Assembly: GCA_039799905.1 (NCBI GenBank)
Contig: JBDLRP010000041.1
Span: forward strand, 32,001 to 96,000
DNA length: 64,000 bases
Origin: Pseudomonadota bacterium
GTDB taxonomy: Bacteria; Bdellovibrionota_B; Oligoflexia; Silvanigrellales; Silvanigrellaceae
Direction: 5' to 3'
A program made the position numbers and the translations under genes. The notes under the pieces are model-generated. The model was given only the letters and a program-made list of their open reading frames with translations, was not told the DNA's origin and searched no databases. Shown piece after piece: positions 19,414 to 29,463 of the stretch; position 1 is the stretch's first letter; each line of letters begins with the position of its first letter.

Positions 19414-22400
19414 ATGTCCTGCAGGTGGGAAGACAAACGACTGGCAGCACTGCTGCTTATGCTTTTTTGCATGGGCGGCTGTTATCGTGCCGCGCCGCCG
19501 CTGGAAGAAGATGAAATTGTCATAGAAGAAAACACCGCAATCACGGACGGCTCGGCTCCACAAATTACTCCACAGCCATCGGCGACCAATCCCGCCGGCA
19601 GCCGCAGTCAGACTCCACCCAGCGTGGCAGCAACACCGACTCCCACGCCTGTCCCGACTCCGCAGCGTCCGAACAATTTGCCACTGATAATGCAGATTGC
19701 GGATCAAACCGCCAACGAAGATTCACAAATCGAACCAATTAGCTTTCGAATCTTCGACTTTGATGACGCAGTTCAGTGTCAGGACATTGTTCCTTCGAGC
19801 AGCGACCTGAATGCCGTTGAGACAAGCGTCACAGTGACGGCAGCAGCAGGCACTCGCACCTATGCGGATGTGTCCATCACAGGAGGACAAAGCACAGAGT
19901 GCGGCATCACCATAAAAACCAAATATGCGCGGGTCACACCTGCAACTTTGACTTTGACCTTGAAGGATCCGAGCGACCTGAATCAGGAGTCCAAATCTAG
20001 CTTCAAGGTGACAGTGAACTCAACCAACACGGCGCCGTTTGTGAAGGAAGCCGGGAATTCCTCGGGGACTCTCGACGAGGACTCCAACGGCACGGAGATT
20101 CAACTTGCAAAATTTGACGACGGCACAAAACGTGTCGGGCATACCCTGAGTCTAGTCGAAACTTCCTCGCCAACGCTGGGCACACTTGTCTGGCCGTCAG
20201 GATTTCCGAATAACAATGGTAGCGTTTATTACAAGCCTCTTCCAGACAAAAACGGAATCGATTCTTTTTCTTACAAAGTTTGTGACAATGACCCAGGTAT
20301 AGCCAAATGCACAGACCCTCAAACAATTGTAGTCAACGTGCAGGCAAAAAACGATCCTCCTACGATGAATCCTATCGCCGACCAAACGACGAGTGAGGCC
20401 ACCGCAAAGACAATTGAATTTCTTGTTGATGACAAAGATGGCCCACTGACGTGCGTCGAAGGAAACTTGAATTATACCGTCATCACGGAAGCCGGTGACA
20501 CTTCCGGTCTTGTGGCCGCCACGGGAGCAGTCGTTTGGGGTGGAACATGGCCGCTTTGCACTGGCACTCTTACCCCAGAAGCGCTCAAAAGCGGAACAAC
20601 CCACATCCGATTCTCAATCAACGACGGCAGTCTGCTTTCCAGCGCCAGCCGCACTTTCAAACTCACTGTGACGGGAGTCAACCATCCGCCTGAAATTCTG
20701 ACTTCAATTCCATCGCAGAGCGTGAACGAAGATTCTTCAGTCTCGGTCAATTTTCAGGTCAAAGACATCAACGAACCCGCCGGCGGGCATACCGATTACG
20801 CCTGCACGAGTGCACGTCTCTCATACGAAAGCGGGAACACAAGTCTCGTCGCGGCAAACGGACGTGTGAGCTGGAGCGGAACGTGGCCCAATTGCGTCGG
20901 AACTATTTCACCAAACACCAATGCCAACGGCACGGTCAATATTACCTTTGTGGTGACTGATCCTGAGGGTGGTGGTGGAGCCGGACAAGCAGGTCCGCAC
21001 AAAAAAACCTTTCAATTGACTATCAATGCGGTGAACGATTCTCCAACCGGCACCGTTGTGTGTGACTACTCTGAAAAGAATAATTCACAAATTTTAACAG
21101 TCGTTCAGTCAACAAGTCAGTCAAACATCGTCCTTGCGAACCGCTCGGGCACATGGACAGTCACGTGTTCAGGAGCGTCCGATGTCGACAACGAAACGCT
21201 CTCCTATACATTGAATCGGGAGGCCGGCTCACCCTTCAACAACTCCGCAGGCTTTTCGTGTCCGGCGACGCTCAATGTAGCCAACCTATCGCAGGCGTTT
21301 TCAACCACCTCATATGGCACGTGCAGGTATAAAGCACGCGCCTGCGACGCTGCAGTAAGTTGCACCGCCGACACGACAAAATTCATCGAAATCACGAGCT
21401 TTCAACTCGACCTATCGACGATGACAAAACCACAATTGGATTCGAGTTGCTCGATTTCGTCGACAGTCAATTATTCAATCTCACAGAACATCGCATCATT
21501 TGTTTACAGAGCAAAAACCGGACTGAACACAAACACCTTTGAGGTCAATAACACCACAAAATCCGTCAATGCCAGTACCGACAGCATCACGTTCAACGGG
21601 ACCCTGCAAGCAACTCATCTTATCGCAAGCCCACCCCTCCGAGACACGGCTGCGACTGCAACAACCGCCACTCTTGAAGTGACGAGCGGAAGTTTCATCG
21701 CAGGTACACAAGGTGGCGCCGGAACAGGCAACACTATTTCAAACACAAAAAGCTTCGCCTATTCTATCGAGCGGAAGCTTGAAAAACTCGCATTAAAGAG
21801 CGCAGGTGCCTTTACACCGGAGGGTGTTGGAGTTGACGGCCTTCAAGTTGAGTACGTTACGACTCCATCGGTGTGCAGACGATGTACCTCACAGACATAT
21901 GGTTCAATTTCTGCAGGAGCATTGCACAGCTGCTTGACAGACAACGGGTTGAGCAAGTGCTGGGGTAGCAATCAAGAAAAACAATTAGGACTGGCGAACT
22001 CGCTGGGTTCGGGCACTTTCACATTTCCACAAACGTCATCGACTCAATCTGCAACTACAAGCACATCAGGGTTTACCTTGCAGCAGTTGGCGGCCGGATC
22101 CAATTTCACATGCGCGCTGGGCGTCAACGCGACGAACTCTTCTGAAATTCGCTGCGTCGGCAATAATGCACAGGGCCAGCTTGGCATCGCGGCCGCGCAG
22201 TCTGCATTCACCGGCAAAGTTGCATTGCCCTCTGGTCACACACCGGTTGGAATCGCCGCAAGCAAAACAGGATCGCATGCGTGTGCGCTTGTCAATCAAG
22301 ATTCACCTGCGTTGAGTGGGAAGATTTTCTGCTGGGGAAACAACGAATTTGGACAGCTCGGAAACGGCAGCACTACAGCAGTGAGTGCAGGTACACTCGT

Positions 22401-23193
22401 TTCCGTTGCAACCGGTGATTTTGAAACTTCAAATCAAAAATCATTTTCTCTCGCAGTGGGTAAGTCACACACCTGTTCTGCACAACTTCTCTCCAATGGC
22501 AGTTCGCAGGCCTATTGCTGGGGCAAAAATTCAAACGGACAGCTGGGTCTGGGGGATACCTTAGACAGCCCCGTTCCGCAGTCGCTTTCATTTAATGACG
22601 ACATCATTCAAGTCGCTGCAGGAGAAAACCATTCCTGTGCTCTGAGTGAGACGGGTGAAGTATACTGCTGGGGAGACAACTCCGTCGGCCAATTAGGCAT
22701 CGCTTCTACAGCCTCGCAAACCAGTCCGGTGAAACTCACTGCGTTGACTGACATCGTGCAGATTACAACCGGTGCAAACCATACATGTGCGCTAAACAAA
22801 GATTATCAGGTTTACTGCTGGGGTCTTGGAACCTCGGGACAACTGGGTGTGGGCAAGGTCACCACGAGCGACCAGTCGGCAGACGAAGATTGCAACTCTG
22901 GCGTGGGAATTGCCAATATTACCTTCTGCAAGAAGTCACCCGCATTCATCGATCCTGCTCCTTCAACAACTCCTGTGAGTATTTCAGCTGGGGAAAATCA
23001 CACCTGCATGATGACGGTAGAGGGCAATGCCTACTGCTGGGGAGCCAATGCATCCGGCCAGCTGGGGACGGCAAATAGAAGTCAAGTCTCGAGTCCCTCG
23101 CCTGTTTGCAGTTCAACAACACAATGCAATAATTCCGGACAACTCACATCACCCCGCCCACGCATGTGCAGCCGCTATGCGATTCCTCCCTGA
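19414..23193 (+). CDS. Large surface lipoprotein: Ig-like/cadherin-like stalk plus C-terminal 7-repeat RCC1 beta-propeller
   Basis: Lipobox MGGC; Pro/Thr linker; repeats of the form N.PP...I.DQT.NED and FSYKVCD; seven C(W/V)GxNxxGQLG-type RCC1 repeats. Confidence 0.85.
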   Translation: MSCRWEDKRLAALLLMLFCMGGCYRAAPPLEEDEIVIEENTAITDGSAPQITPQPSATNPAGSRSQTPPSVAATPTPTPVPTPQRPNNLPLIMQIADQTANEDSQIEPISFRIFDFDDAVQCQDIVPSSSDLNAVETSVTVTAAAGTRTYADVSITGGQSTECGITIKTKYARVTPATLTLTLKDPSDLNQESKSSFKVTVNSTNTAPFVKEAGNSSGTLDEDSNGTEIQLAKFDDGTKRVGHTLSLVETSSPTLGTLVWPSGFPNNNGSVYYKPLPDKNGIDSFSYKVCDNDPGIAKCTDPQTIVVNVQAKNDPPTMNPIADQTTSEATAKTIEFLVDDKDGPLTCVEGNLNYTVITEAGDTSGLVAATGAVVWGGTWPLCTGTLTPEALKSGTTHIRFSINDGSLLSSASRTFKLTVTGVNHPPEILTSIPSQSVNEDSSVSVNFQVKDINEPAGGHTDYACTSARLSYESGNTSLVAANGRVSWSGTWPNCVGTISPNTNANGTVNITFVVTDPEGGGGAGQAGPHKKTFQLTINAVNDSPTGTVVCDYSEKNNSQILTVVQSTSQSNIVLANRSGTWTVTCSGASDVDNETLSYTLNREAGSPFNNSAGFSCPATLNVANLSQAFSTTSYGTCRYKARACDAAVSCTADTTKFIEITSFQLDLSTMTKPQLDSSCSISSTVNYSISQNIASFVYRAKTGLNTNTFEVNNTTKSVNASTDSITFNGTLQATHLIASPPLRDTAATATTATLEVTSGSFIAGTQGGAGTGNTISNTKSFAYSIERKLEKLALKSAGAFTPEGVGVDGLQVEYVTTPSVCRRCTSQTYGSISAGALHSCLTDNGLSKCWGSNQEKQLGLANSLGSGTFTFPQTSSTQSATTSTSGFTLQQLAAGSNFTCALGVNATNSSEIRCVGNNAQGQLGIAAAQSAFTGKVALPSGHTPVGIAASKTGSHACALVNQDSPALSGKIFCWGNNEFGQLGNGSTTAVSAGTLVSVATGDFETSNQKSFSLAVGKSHTCSAQLLSNGSSQAYCWGKNSNGQLGLGDTLDSPVPQSLSFNDDIIQVAAGENHSCALSETGEVYCWGDNSVGQLGIASTASQTSPVKLTALTDIVQITTGANHTCALNKDYQVYCWGLGTSGQLGVGKVTTSDQSADEDCNSGVGIANITFCKKSPAFIDPAPSTTPVSISAGENHTCMMTVEGNAYCWGANASGQLGTANRSQVSSPSPVCSSTTQCNNSGQLTSPRPRMCSRYAIPP

Positions 23194-23256
23194 CCAGTGA
23201 ACCGCGCTCAATCGCGACAGTGCGGATTGCTGCAGACAACTCTTTTGTCATGAGCG

Positions 23257-23285
23257 TTGTGACCTTCACAGACCTCGGCTAGAAT
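23257..23285 (+). promoter_or_regulatory. Sigma70-like promoter of the gal cluster with an overlapping palindrome
   Basis: TTGTGA-N17-TAGAAT; TGTGA-CCT-TCACA inverted repeat at 23258-23270. Confidence 0.45.
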
Positions 23286-23314
23286 GCCTCTCCTGACAAA
23301 GGAGATAAGAGGTC

Positions 23315-24409
23315 ATGCTGCACAAATTTGAATGGCGTAAGCCGGACGGACGTCTGTGGGTTCAGTACAGCCGCACTCCTTTTCCGTCCGACTTCAAGCC
23401 GACGGACAACGGTCTGAGCAGACCAGAGACTTGGACCGCGCCGCAACTCCGCTGGAATTCCATGCGCGGCGAGTTTGTCAGCATCTCGGCAAGCCGCCAG
23501 GACAGGCCTTTTCTGCCGCCGCGAGAATATTGCCCGCTGTGTCCTGCCAAGGAACAGCCGGATGGAAAAACTTTTGCCACCGAAGTTCCTCAGTCAGCGC
23601 AATTGTATTCATGGGCCGTTTTTGAAAACATGTTTCCCGGCCTTTCGCAGACCGAACATCAACACACGGGTCGCTGCGAAGTCGTGCTCTATTCACCGAA
23701 TCATGATTCAACACTGGCACAGGAATCGCTCGCACAAATCGAAGGCCTCATTGCCGTCTGGCAGGATCGCTGTTCAGAGATTGCCAAAGATGAGAAAATT
23801 GAATTCATTTTCCCGTTCGAAAACAAGGGGACTGAAATCGGCGTAACGCTCCACCATCCGCACGGCCAGATCTACTCCTTCAATCACGTACCGCCATTCG
23901 TGCTCGCTGAACACAAAATGGCTGAAGAGCATCACAACCGCACCGGTGAATGTCTGATTTGCTCGATGAGCAATGAGGAAATCAGAGACAGCCGACGCAT
24001 TGTGTTTTCGACCGAGACAATCATTGCGTACGTCCCCTTTGCGGCGAGATATCCTTACGAAGTCCACATCACCAGCCGCGCCCACCGCCCGCTGCTGCAA
24101 CAGCTGACATCCGCCGAACGGCGCGATCTGGCGCTGACCCTGAAGACTGTCCTGCTCAAATATGACAAACTTTTTTCACGGCCGATGCCCTACATCATGG
24201 CGCATCATCAGGCCCGCGCCCGTGACCACCAATGTCCCTCGTACCATTGGCACATCGAACTCTATCCGCCCTATCGGAGTGCGCAGAAACTGAAATATCT
24301 CGCAGGGGTCGAAAGCGGCACTGGCTTCTTCATCAACGACACCTTTCCCGAAGAAAAAGCCGATGAGCTCAGACGCATTGAGGTGGATGTAGGTTCGTTC
24401 AACGAATGA
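23315..24409 (+). CDS. galT: Galactose-1-phosphate uridylyltransferase
   Basis: RQDRP, CPLCP, FENMFP, CEVVLYSP.H, FENKG.EIGVTLHHPHGQIY (HPH catalytic motif), KYLAGVE. Confidence 0.95.
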   Translation: MLHKFEWRKPDGRLWVQYSRTPFPSDFKPTDNGLSRPETWTAPQLRWNSMRGEFVSISASRQDRPFLPPREYCPLCPAKEQPDGKTFATEVPQSAQLYSWAVFENMFPGLSQTEHQHTGRCEVVLYSPNHDSTLAQESLAQIEGLIAVWQDRCSEIAKDEKIEFIFPFENKGTEIGVTLHHPHGQIYSFNHVPPFVLAEHKMAEEHHNRTGECLICSMSNEEIRDSRRIVFSTETIIAYVPFAARYPYEVHITSRAHRPLLQQLTSAERRDLALTLKTVLLKYDKLFSRPMPYIMAHHQARARDHQCPSYHWHIELYPPYRSAQKLKYLAGVESGTGFFINDTFPEEKADELRRIEVDVGSFNE

Positions 24410-24448
24410 GCCGGCACGCTTTTGAATCAACAAAAGGAAGACTCTGAA

Positions 24449-25837
24449 ATGGAAATCATCCAAGGCGTTCATCCGCTCCCGCTTGATTCAGGAACCGTCG
24501 TGCAGCATCTGGTCAGCTTCACGCCGGGAAGAGTCAACCTCATCGGTGAACACACAGATTACAACGGCGGCATGGTTATGCCCGCAGCCCTGAATCTTGG
24601 TGTCCGTGCCGAACTCAAATTATTGAGTGCACAAAGCGGATCCGTCTTTGTTGCCTCGCGCAGCACGAACGAGACACTTTCAATTTCGGCAGAAGAAATA
24701 GCGCTCATCGCCCATCAGCTTCTGGAAACGGGAATCGAACGGAGTGAAGAAGTTGCTCTCACCAGCCCGAAAGGACACAGTTGGGCCCGCTACGTGATCG
24801 GCTGCTTTGCCCTTTTTGAGGCTGCGCTGAGAAGCCGGCAAATTTCAAATATGCCTTGGCAAAGTCACTGCCTAAGCATCATTTTGGAATCGACCCTTCC
24901 ACAGGGAGCGGGCCTGAGCAGCTCGGCGGCATTGTGCATTTCGCTGCTGGGCCAGCTCAACACCCTGAGCGGTGTCCCGCTCGACGCCTCTGCTCTTGCG
25001 CGTCTGGCCATGTATACAGAGCACCGATTCGCCGGAACGAAGTGCGGTCTGATGGACCAGCTGGCAGTGCTCTGCTCCCGCGCCGATCATTTCACCCGAG
25101 TTGATTTTTTAGAATTTCCTGTCGGAAAAAACTTTCATATTTCCTATGCCAAAGCCCATGAAGCGTTTCATAATCATGCACTGGTCATCTTCAAAACTGG
25201 TGTCAGCCATTCACTCGCAGAAAGCGCCTACAACGAAAGGCGTGCATCCTGTGAAAGATCATTGCGCGCCCTGAACAAAGCACTGGGACTCGGAGCGCAT
25301 TCATTAGGTGAATTGTCGCGACTGCCGCGCTTTCAAAACATTGAAACAGACGATGAATATCTGAACCATCTGCGCAACCTGCTGGCTGGAGAAAACGACT
25401 GCGAACTTCTCGCCAGAAGGGCCTGTCATGCGATGCGGGAGAACTCACGCGTAATTCAGGCCGCACGTGCACTGGCGGCCGGCGACCTGCAGGCCCTCAA
25501 CGCTGCAATGCGGGCCAGTCACAAGTCGCTCGACACTCTTTATGAAGTCAGCTGTGCGGAACTCAACACCGCCTGCTCGGCGGTTGAAACCGTGGTGCGC
25601 GAACTGTGCACCACCCGTCCAGCACTGGCTCTGGATGCATTGATTGGCCCACGCATGACCGGCGGCGGTTTTGGCGGCTCGACAGTTCAGCTCGTGCATC
25701 GGAGTTTGTGTGATGCTCTCGTTGACCGCTTCGCCAATCAGGCAAACCCATACACAGAAGCAACGGGCATCATCCCGCAAATCTTTGTCTGCCAGCCTTC
25801 GGGCGGCTTCAGCGCGGGTTTTGAAACAATCGAATAA
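24449..25837 (+). CDS. galK: Galactokinase
   Basis: PGRVNLIGEHTDYNGG, PQGAGLSSSAA, CGLMDQ, YNERR, RMTGGGFGG. ATG at 24449 follows AAGGAAG (track start is TTG 24422). Confidence 0.95.
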   Translation: MEIIQGVHPLPLDSGTVVQHLVSFTPGRVNLIGEHTDYNGGMVMPAALNLGVRAELKLLSAQSGSVFVASRSTNETLSISAEEIALIAHQLLETGIERSEEVALTSPKGHSWARYVIGCFALFEAALRSRQISNMPWQSHCLSIILESTLPQGAGLSSSAALCISLLGQLNTLSGVPLDASALARLAMYTEHRFAGTKCGLMDQLAVLCSRADHFTRVDFLEFPVGKNFHISYAKAHEAFHNHALVIFKTGVSHSLAESAYNERRASCERSLRALNKALGLGAHSLGELSRLPRFQNIETDDEYLNHLRNLLAGENDCELLARRACHAMRENSRVIQAARALAAGDLQALNAAMRASHKSLDTLYEVSCAELNTACSAVETVVRELCTTRPALALDALIGPRMTGGGFGGSTVQLVHRSLCDALVDRFANQANPYTEATGIIPQIFVCQPSGGFSAGFETIE

Positions 25838-25869
25838 AAATTCAAACACCATCATTCAGGGAACGAATC

Positions 25870-28023
25870 ATGGCCAACACGCATCAGACACTTTTTAAAT
25901 TGGGCGCAGCTTATTACCCCGATTACATTTCCAACAAACCAACGCTCACCCGCAGGGTCTCAACGGGAAAGCTTGAATGGTTGTCAACAAAGGAACGCCT
26001 GCAGGAAGATTTTAAACGGATGGTGCATCAGCGGATACACACAATCCGGATGGGAGAATTCAGCTGGGCGACCGTCGAGCCGACCAGGGGATCTTGGAAT
26101 CCTGACGCCTTTCTGCAGGCACTCGATCTGGCGAAAGCCAATTCCATCGAAGTTATTTTTTGCACCCCGACGGCGACTCCCCCAAAATGGCTGATTGATG
26201 CGCATCCGGATATCCTGCCCGTCACCCGCACCGGCCAGCGCATTCCATTCGGATCACGCCGCCACTATGATTTTCATCATCCTGTCTATCAGGCAGAAAG
26301 CCGCCGCATCAGTCAGTTGTACGCCGAAGCGTTCGGCAAGCACCCTGCGGTGACATCGTGGCAAACCGACAACGAATTCGGCTGCCACAACTCGGTGTTC
26401 CTTTACACAGAGCACGCGCGCACTGCCTTCAGGCAATGGCTCAAGACGAAATACCAAAACGAAATTGAAGTTCTCAATGACGAGTGGTTCACCTGTTTTT
26501 GGTCTCAGCATTACCGCAGCTTCGACGAAATAGAACTTCCCTTGGCTTCTTGGGCAGATCAAAACCCGCATCTTGAACTTGATTTTAGACGTTTCAGCAA
26601 CGAAGCACTGTGCAATTTTCAAAAAGACCAGATCGACATCATCCGCAGGCACAGCCCACAACGACCCATCACACACAATCTTATGACCCTGTTCACAGAT
26701 CTCTGCCCGTGGCAGGCTTCAAAGGATCTCGATTACGTCGGGTTCGATCACTACCAGATGGAAACAGAACCGCACCCCGTAACATCTGCATGGCAATTTG
26801 CGCTGATGCGCTCCACACGGCAAAAACACTTTACAATTCTCGAGCAGCAGCCGCTGCAGGTGAATTGGCAGCCGACCAACCGGCGTTTCGCATTCGACTG
26901 GTTGTTTTTGTGGGGCATGCAATCCGCCTTTCAAGGCTCAGACGGTATGCTCTATTTCAGCTGGCAGCGCATGCCAGGTGGCTGCGAACAGTACCACGAC
27001 GGCGTTGTGCCGCATGATGTACGGATTGAAACCTCGCAACAGGAAAAACTCATAACCGCGAAAAACGAAATTTTTTCTGCAATTGCAAAAAAATTCTCCC
27101 TCAAGGAAAAACTCCCGCTGCCAGCCCGTGACGTATTGTGCATATACGATTCCGAAAGTCTCTGGAGTCACGAAATCACGTCGCAGAGCGTCACCTACTC
27201 AACCCGCAAACAAATCGACCACATCACGCAATTCTGTCTGCGCCATTCGTTCGGACTTTGGTTCGCACCCGAGCTCGCGGGTGAAAAGAAGAGGATTTCG
27301 GATTACAAACTCATCATCCTGCCCGGACACGCGTTTGAACTCAGCTCTGAAGACAGAGAGATTCTAAAAAAATTCCGCGAAAGCGGCGGACGCGTGCTGA
27401 GCCTGCCGCGCACCGGATACAAAAGCCGCAACAACAAACTAAGCCCCCTGCCCGCCGTGTTTTACTCGGAGAACGACTTTTATCTGGAAGATTATGGCGC
27501 GCTGCTGGAAAGCGAACGTGAAACCTGTGAATTCCATGCAGCTCTCAGCGGGCATACGATTGAAGGACACCTGTGGGCGGAGAAAATCAAGATACTCAAT
27601 CCGCAATGGCACGCCGAAGCAGTCTTTCCAGCAAAATCGATTTATGCCGGCGCCCCTGCAGTCCTCAAACTTAAGGAAACCCATGAGCATGGCTGTCACG
27701 TTCATTTGGCTACTTGCCCGATTCCCGACAAGGAATCATTGAATGTGCTTCGTCAAACTCTCGAGCTCAGAGCACCCGCAAAAGCGCAGTCTGCTGATTT
27801 GCAATTGCAAATTCTAACCGCGGACGGGAAAAAGTATCTTTCGGGTGTTCACTTCGGAGTGAATGAGACTACCATTCAGCTCGACGAAGGTCTGCATATC
27901 AAGGACTCCCTGACGTTCAGTTTGTCGTCTGAACTTGAGGCAGTCATCGGCGCATCAGATTGCGCCCCAGATGGCGCATTGAAACTCCCCCCGCGCAGCG
28001 CGTTTCTGGCCGAGCTCGAATAA
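25870..28023 (+). CDS. GH42 family beta-galactosidase
   Basis: GAAYYP, RMGEFSW, CTPTATPPKW, WQTDNEF (acid/base), ILEQQ (nucleophile), trimerization-type C-terminal region. Confidence 0.9.
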   Translation: MANTHQTLFKLGAAYYPDYISNKPTLTRRVSTGKLEWLSTKERLQEDFKRMVHQRIHTIRMGEFSWATVEPTRGSWNPDAFLQALDLAKANSIEVIFCTPTATPPKWLIDAHPDILPVTRTGQRIPFGSRRHYDFHHPVYQAESRRISQLYAEAFGKHPAVTSWQTDNEFGCHNSVFLYTEHARTAFRQWLKTKYQNEIEVLNDEWFTCFWSQHYRSFDEIELPLASWADQNPHLELDFRRFSNEALCNFQKDQIDIIRRHSPQRPITHNLMTLFTDLCPWQASKDLDYVGFDHYQMETEPHPVTSAWQFALMRSTRQKHFTILEQQPLQVNWQPTNRRFAFDWLFLWGMQSAFQGSDGMLYFSWQRMPGGCEQYHDGVVPHDVRIETSQQEKLITAKNEIFSAIAKKFSLKEKLPLPARDVLCIYDSESLWSHEITSQSVTYSTRKQIDHITQFCLRHSFGLWFAPELAGEKKRISDYKLIILPGHAFELSSEDREILKKFRESGGRVLSLPRTGYKSRNNKLSPLPAVFYSENDFYLEDYGALLESERETCEFHAALSGHTIEGHLWAEKIKILNPQWHAEAVFPAKSIYAGAPAVLKLKETHEHGCHVHLATCPIPDKESLNVLRQTLELRAPAKAQSADLQLQILTADGKKYLSGVHFGVNETTIQLDEGLHIKDSLTFSLSSELEAVIGASDCAPDGALKLPPRSAFLAELE

Positions 28024-28200
28024 ATTTAGCTGGCAAGCATTGTCGCAGCATCTGGGTTAAAAATGTGCAGATTTTCGTTTTATTCCATTTGACAAATACT
28101 GTAAGCATGCATTTTTTATGTACTTTATTTTAATCCTCAAGTGCAGAAAAGAAAATGCCGTTAAGCCTCATGAACGCGATTCAGCGTGACGGAGGTTCCC

Positions 28201-29241
28201 ATGAAGAACAACAAGACACTCGGCGTCCTCATCCCCCTCGCACTCTTGGCAACGGCCTGCGGAAACAACCTTCTGAGAAACGACAAGTCTGCAGCTTCGA
28301 GCACTGAAGAACTGAATGTCGCAGAGGAATCAGATGAGCTTGTCGCAGATCAGGTGAGCGCACTTGCAAGTGATCTTTCCGCAGAAGACGCAACCTCGAC
28401 ATCGGACTCCGGCGCACTTGGCCTTGCAATCGACAAGAATCTGCAGCTGGAAAAAAGCTGCTCGGCAAGCGGGGATACTCTCACCCTAAAACGCAACAAG
28501 TCGATCGAAAAAGAGAGCTCGCGCAGCAAACGCGCCGGACAGTTCGAAAAGAGCATGAGCAGCGAGTCATCGTTCGAGCATGTGTATAAAGCCGGCGAAG
28601 GCAAGGCACTTCCGGTGAAATGCCAGACAGAGCGTGGGCCGGTGAAATTTCTGCGTGACAACCCTGCCGACTACGCAGGCCTGACTGCAAACGGCTCATC
28701 ATCACGCAGCCACTCCATTGAACTGAAAAAAGATGGCGTCGTGATTCGTTCGCGGAGCAGCGAACACAGCGGCAGCCGCTCGGTGAGCTTCTCGGAAGCT
28801 GTTCTGGCCGATGAAAAAATCATCGTCAACAAGTCGATTGCAATCGAAGCTACTGGCACCGTGAAATCCCTGAAAGACGGAAAAGAAGAAAGTGGCTCGC
28901 ACAAATACAAAACGCTGAACACAGCTCCGCTGAGTGTTGAAGTGGTGCGTGAAGCGCAGAGCGGCCGGTTGATCTCCAAGACAATCAAGTCGGGACACGT
29001 AGAAATCGAGCGCGCAAGCGGAGTGAAGATTGATGTTATCTACGAAATGGTCAAATTCGCCCGCGCCTGTGAACCGGTCGCTGGCCGCTTGGAAGTCATC
29101 CGCATTGATCCTCAGGATGGCAAAACCACAAATCTCAGCATCAAGTTCAGAGACGGCGAAGCATTCGCTTCAAAGGACGGAGCCGCAGAGGAGAAAATGG
29201 AATCACTGAACTTCCGACTAGAAGGATGCCGCTCCAAGTAA
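28201..29241 (+). CDS. Hypothetical beta-rich lipoprotein
   Basis: GGAGG RBS, lipobox ATAC, Ser/Lys-rich beta-strand pattern. Confidence 0.7.
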   Translation: MKNNKTLGVLIPLALLATACGNNLLRNDKSAASSTEELNVAEESDELVADQVSALASDLSAEDATSTSDSGALGLAIDKNLQLEKSCSASGDTLTLKRNKSIEKESSRSKRAGQFEKSMSSESSFEHVYKAGEGKALPVKCQTERGPVKFLRDNPADYAGLTANGSSSRSHSIELKKDGVVIRSRSSEHSGSRSVSFSEAVLADEKIIVNKSIAIEATGTVKSLKDGKEESGSHKYKTLNTAPLSVEVVREAQSGRLISKTIKSGHVEIERASGVKIDVIYEMVKFARACEPVAGRLEVIRIDPQDGKTTNLSIKFRDGEAFASKDGAAEEKMESLNFRLEGCRSK

Positions 29242-29275
29242 TTTCCAAGCAATCACCGCCTCCCCTAAACAATTC

Positions 29276-29312
29276 GAGCAGCCGCCATGATGCCGGCTGC
29301 TCTTTGTTTTTT
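29276..29312 (+). terminator. Intrinsic terminator
   Basis: 9-bp stem GAGCAGCCG/CGGCTGCTC followed by TTTGTTTTTT. Confidence 0.75.
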
Positions 29313-29463
29313 AGAGCTCCAAAATCAATTTATTCCGGTCGGAAATTCCTACCCACTTTTCACCCTGACAGTCTGCTGAGATATTTTCTTCCCTCCACAG
29401 GACAACTCTCAGTACTATTATCAGGCAGCCTCGTTCTGTGAATTTCCCGTTGGAGAATCGATT

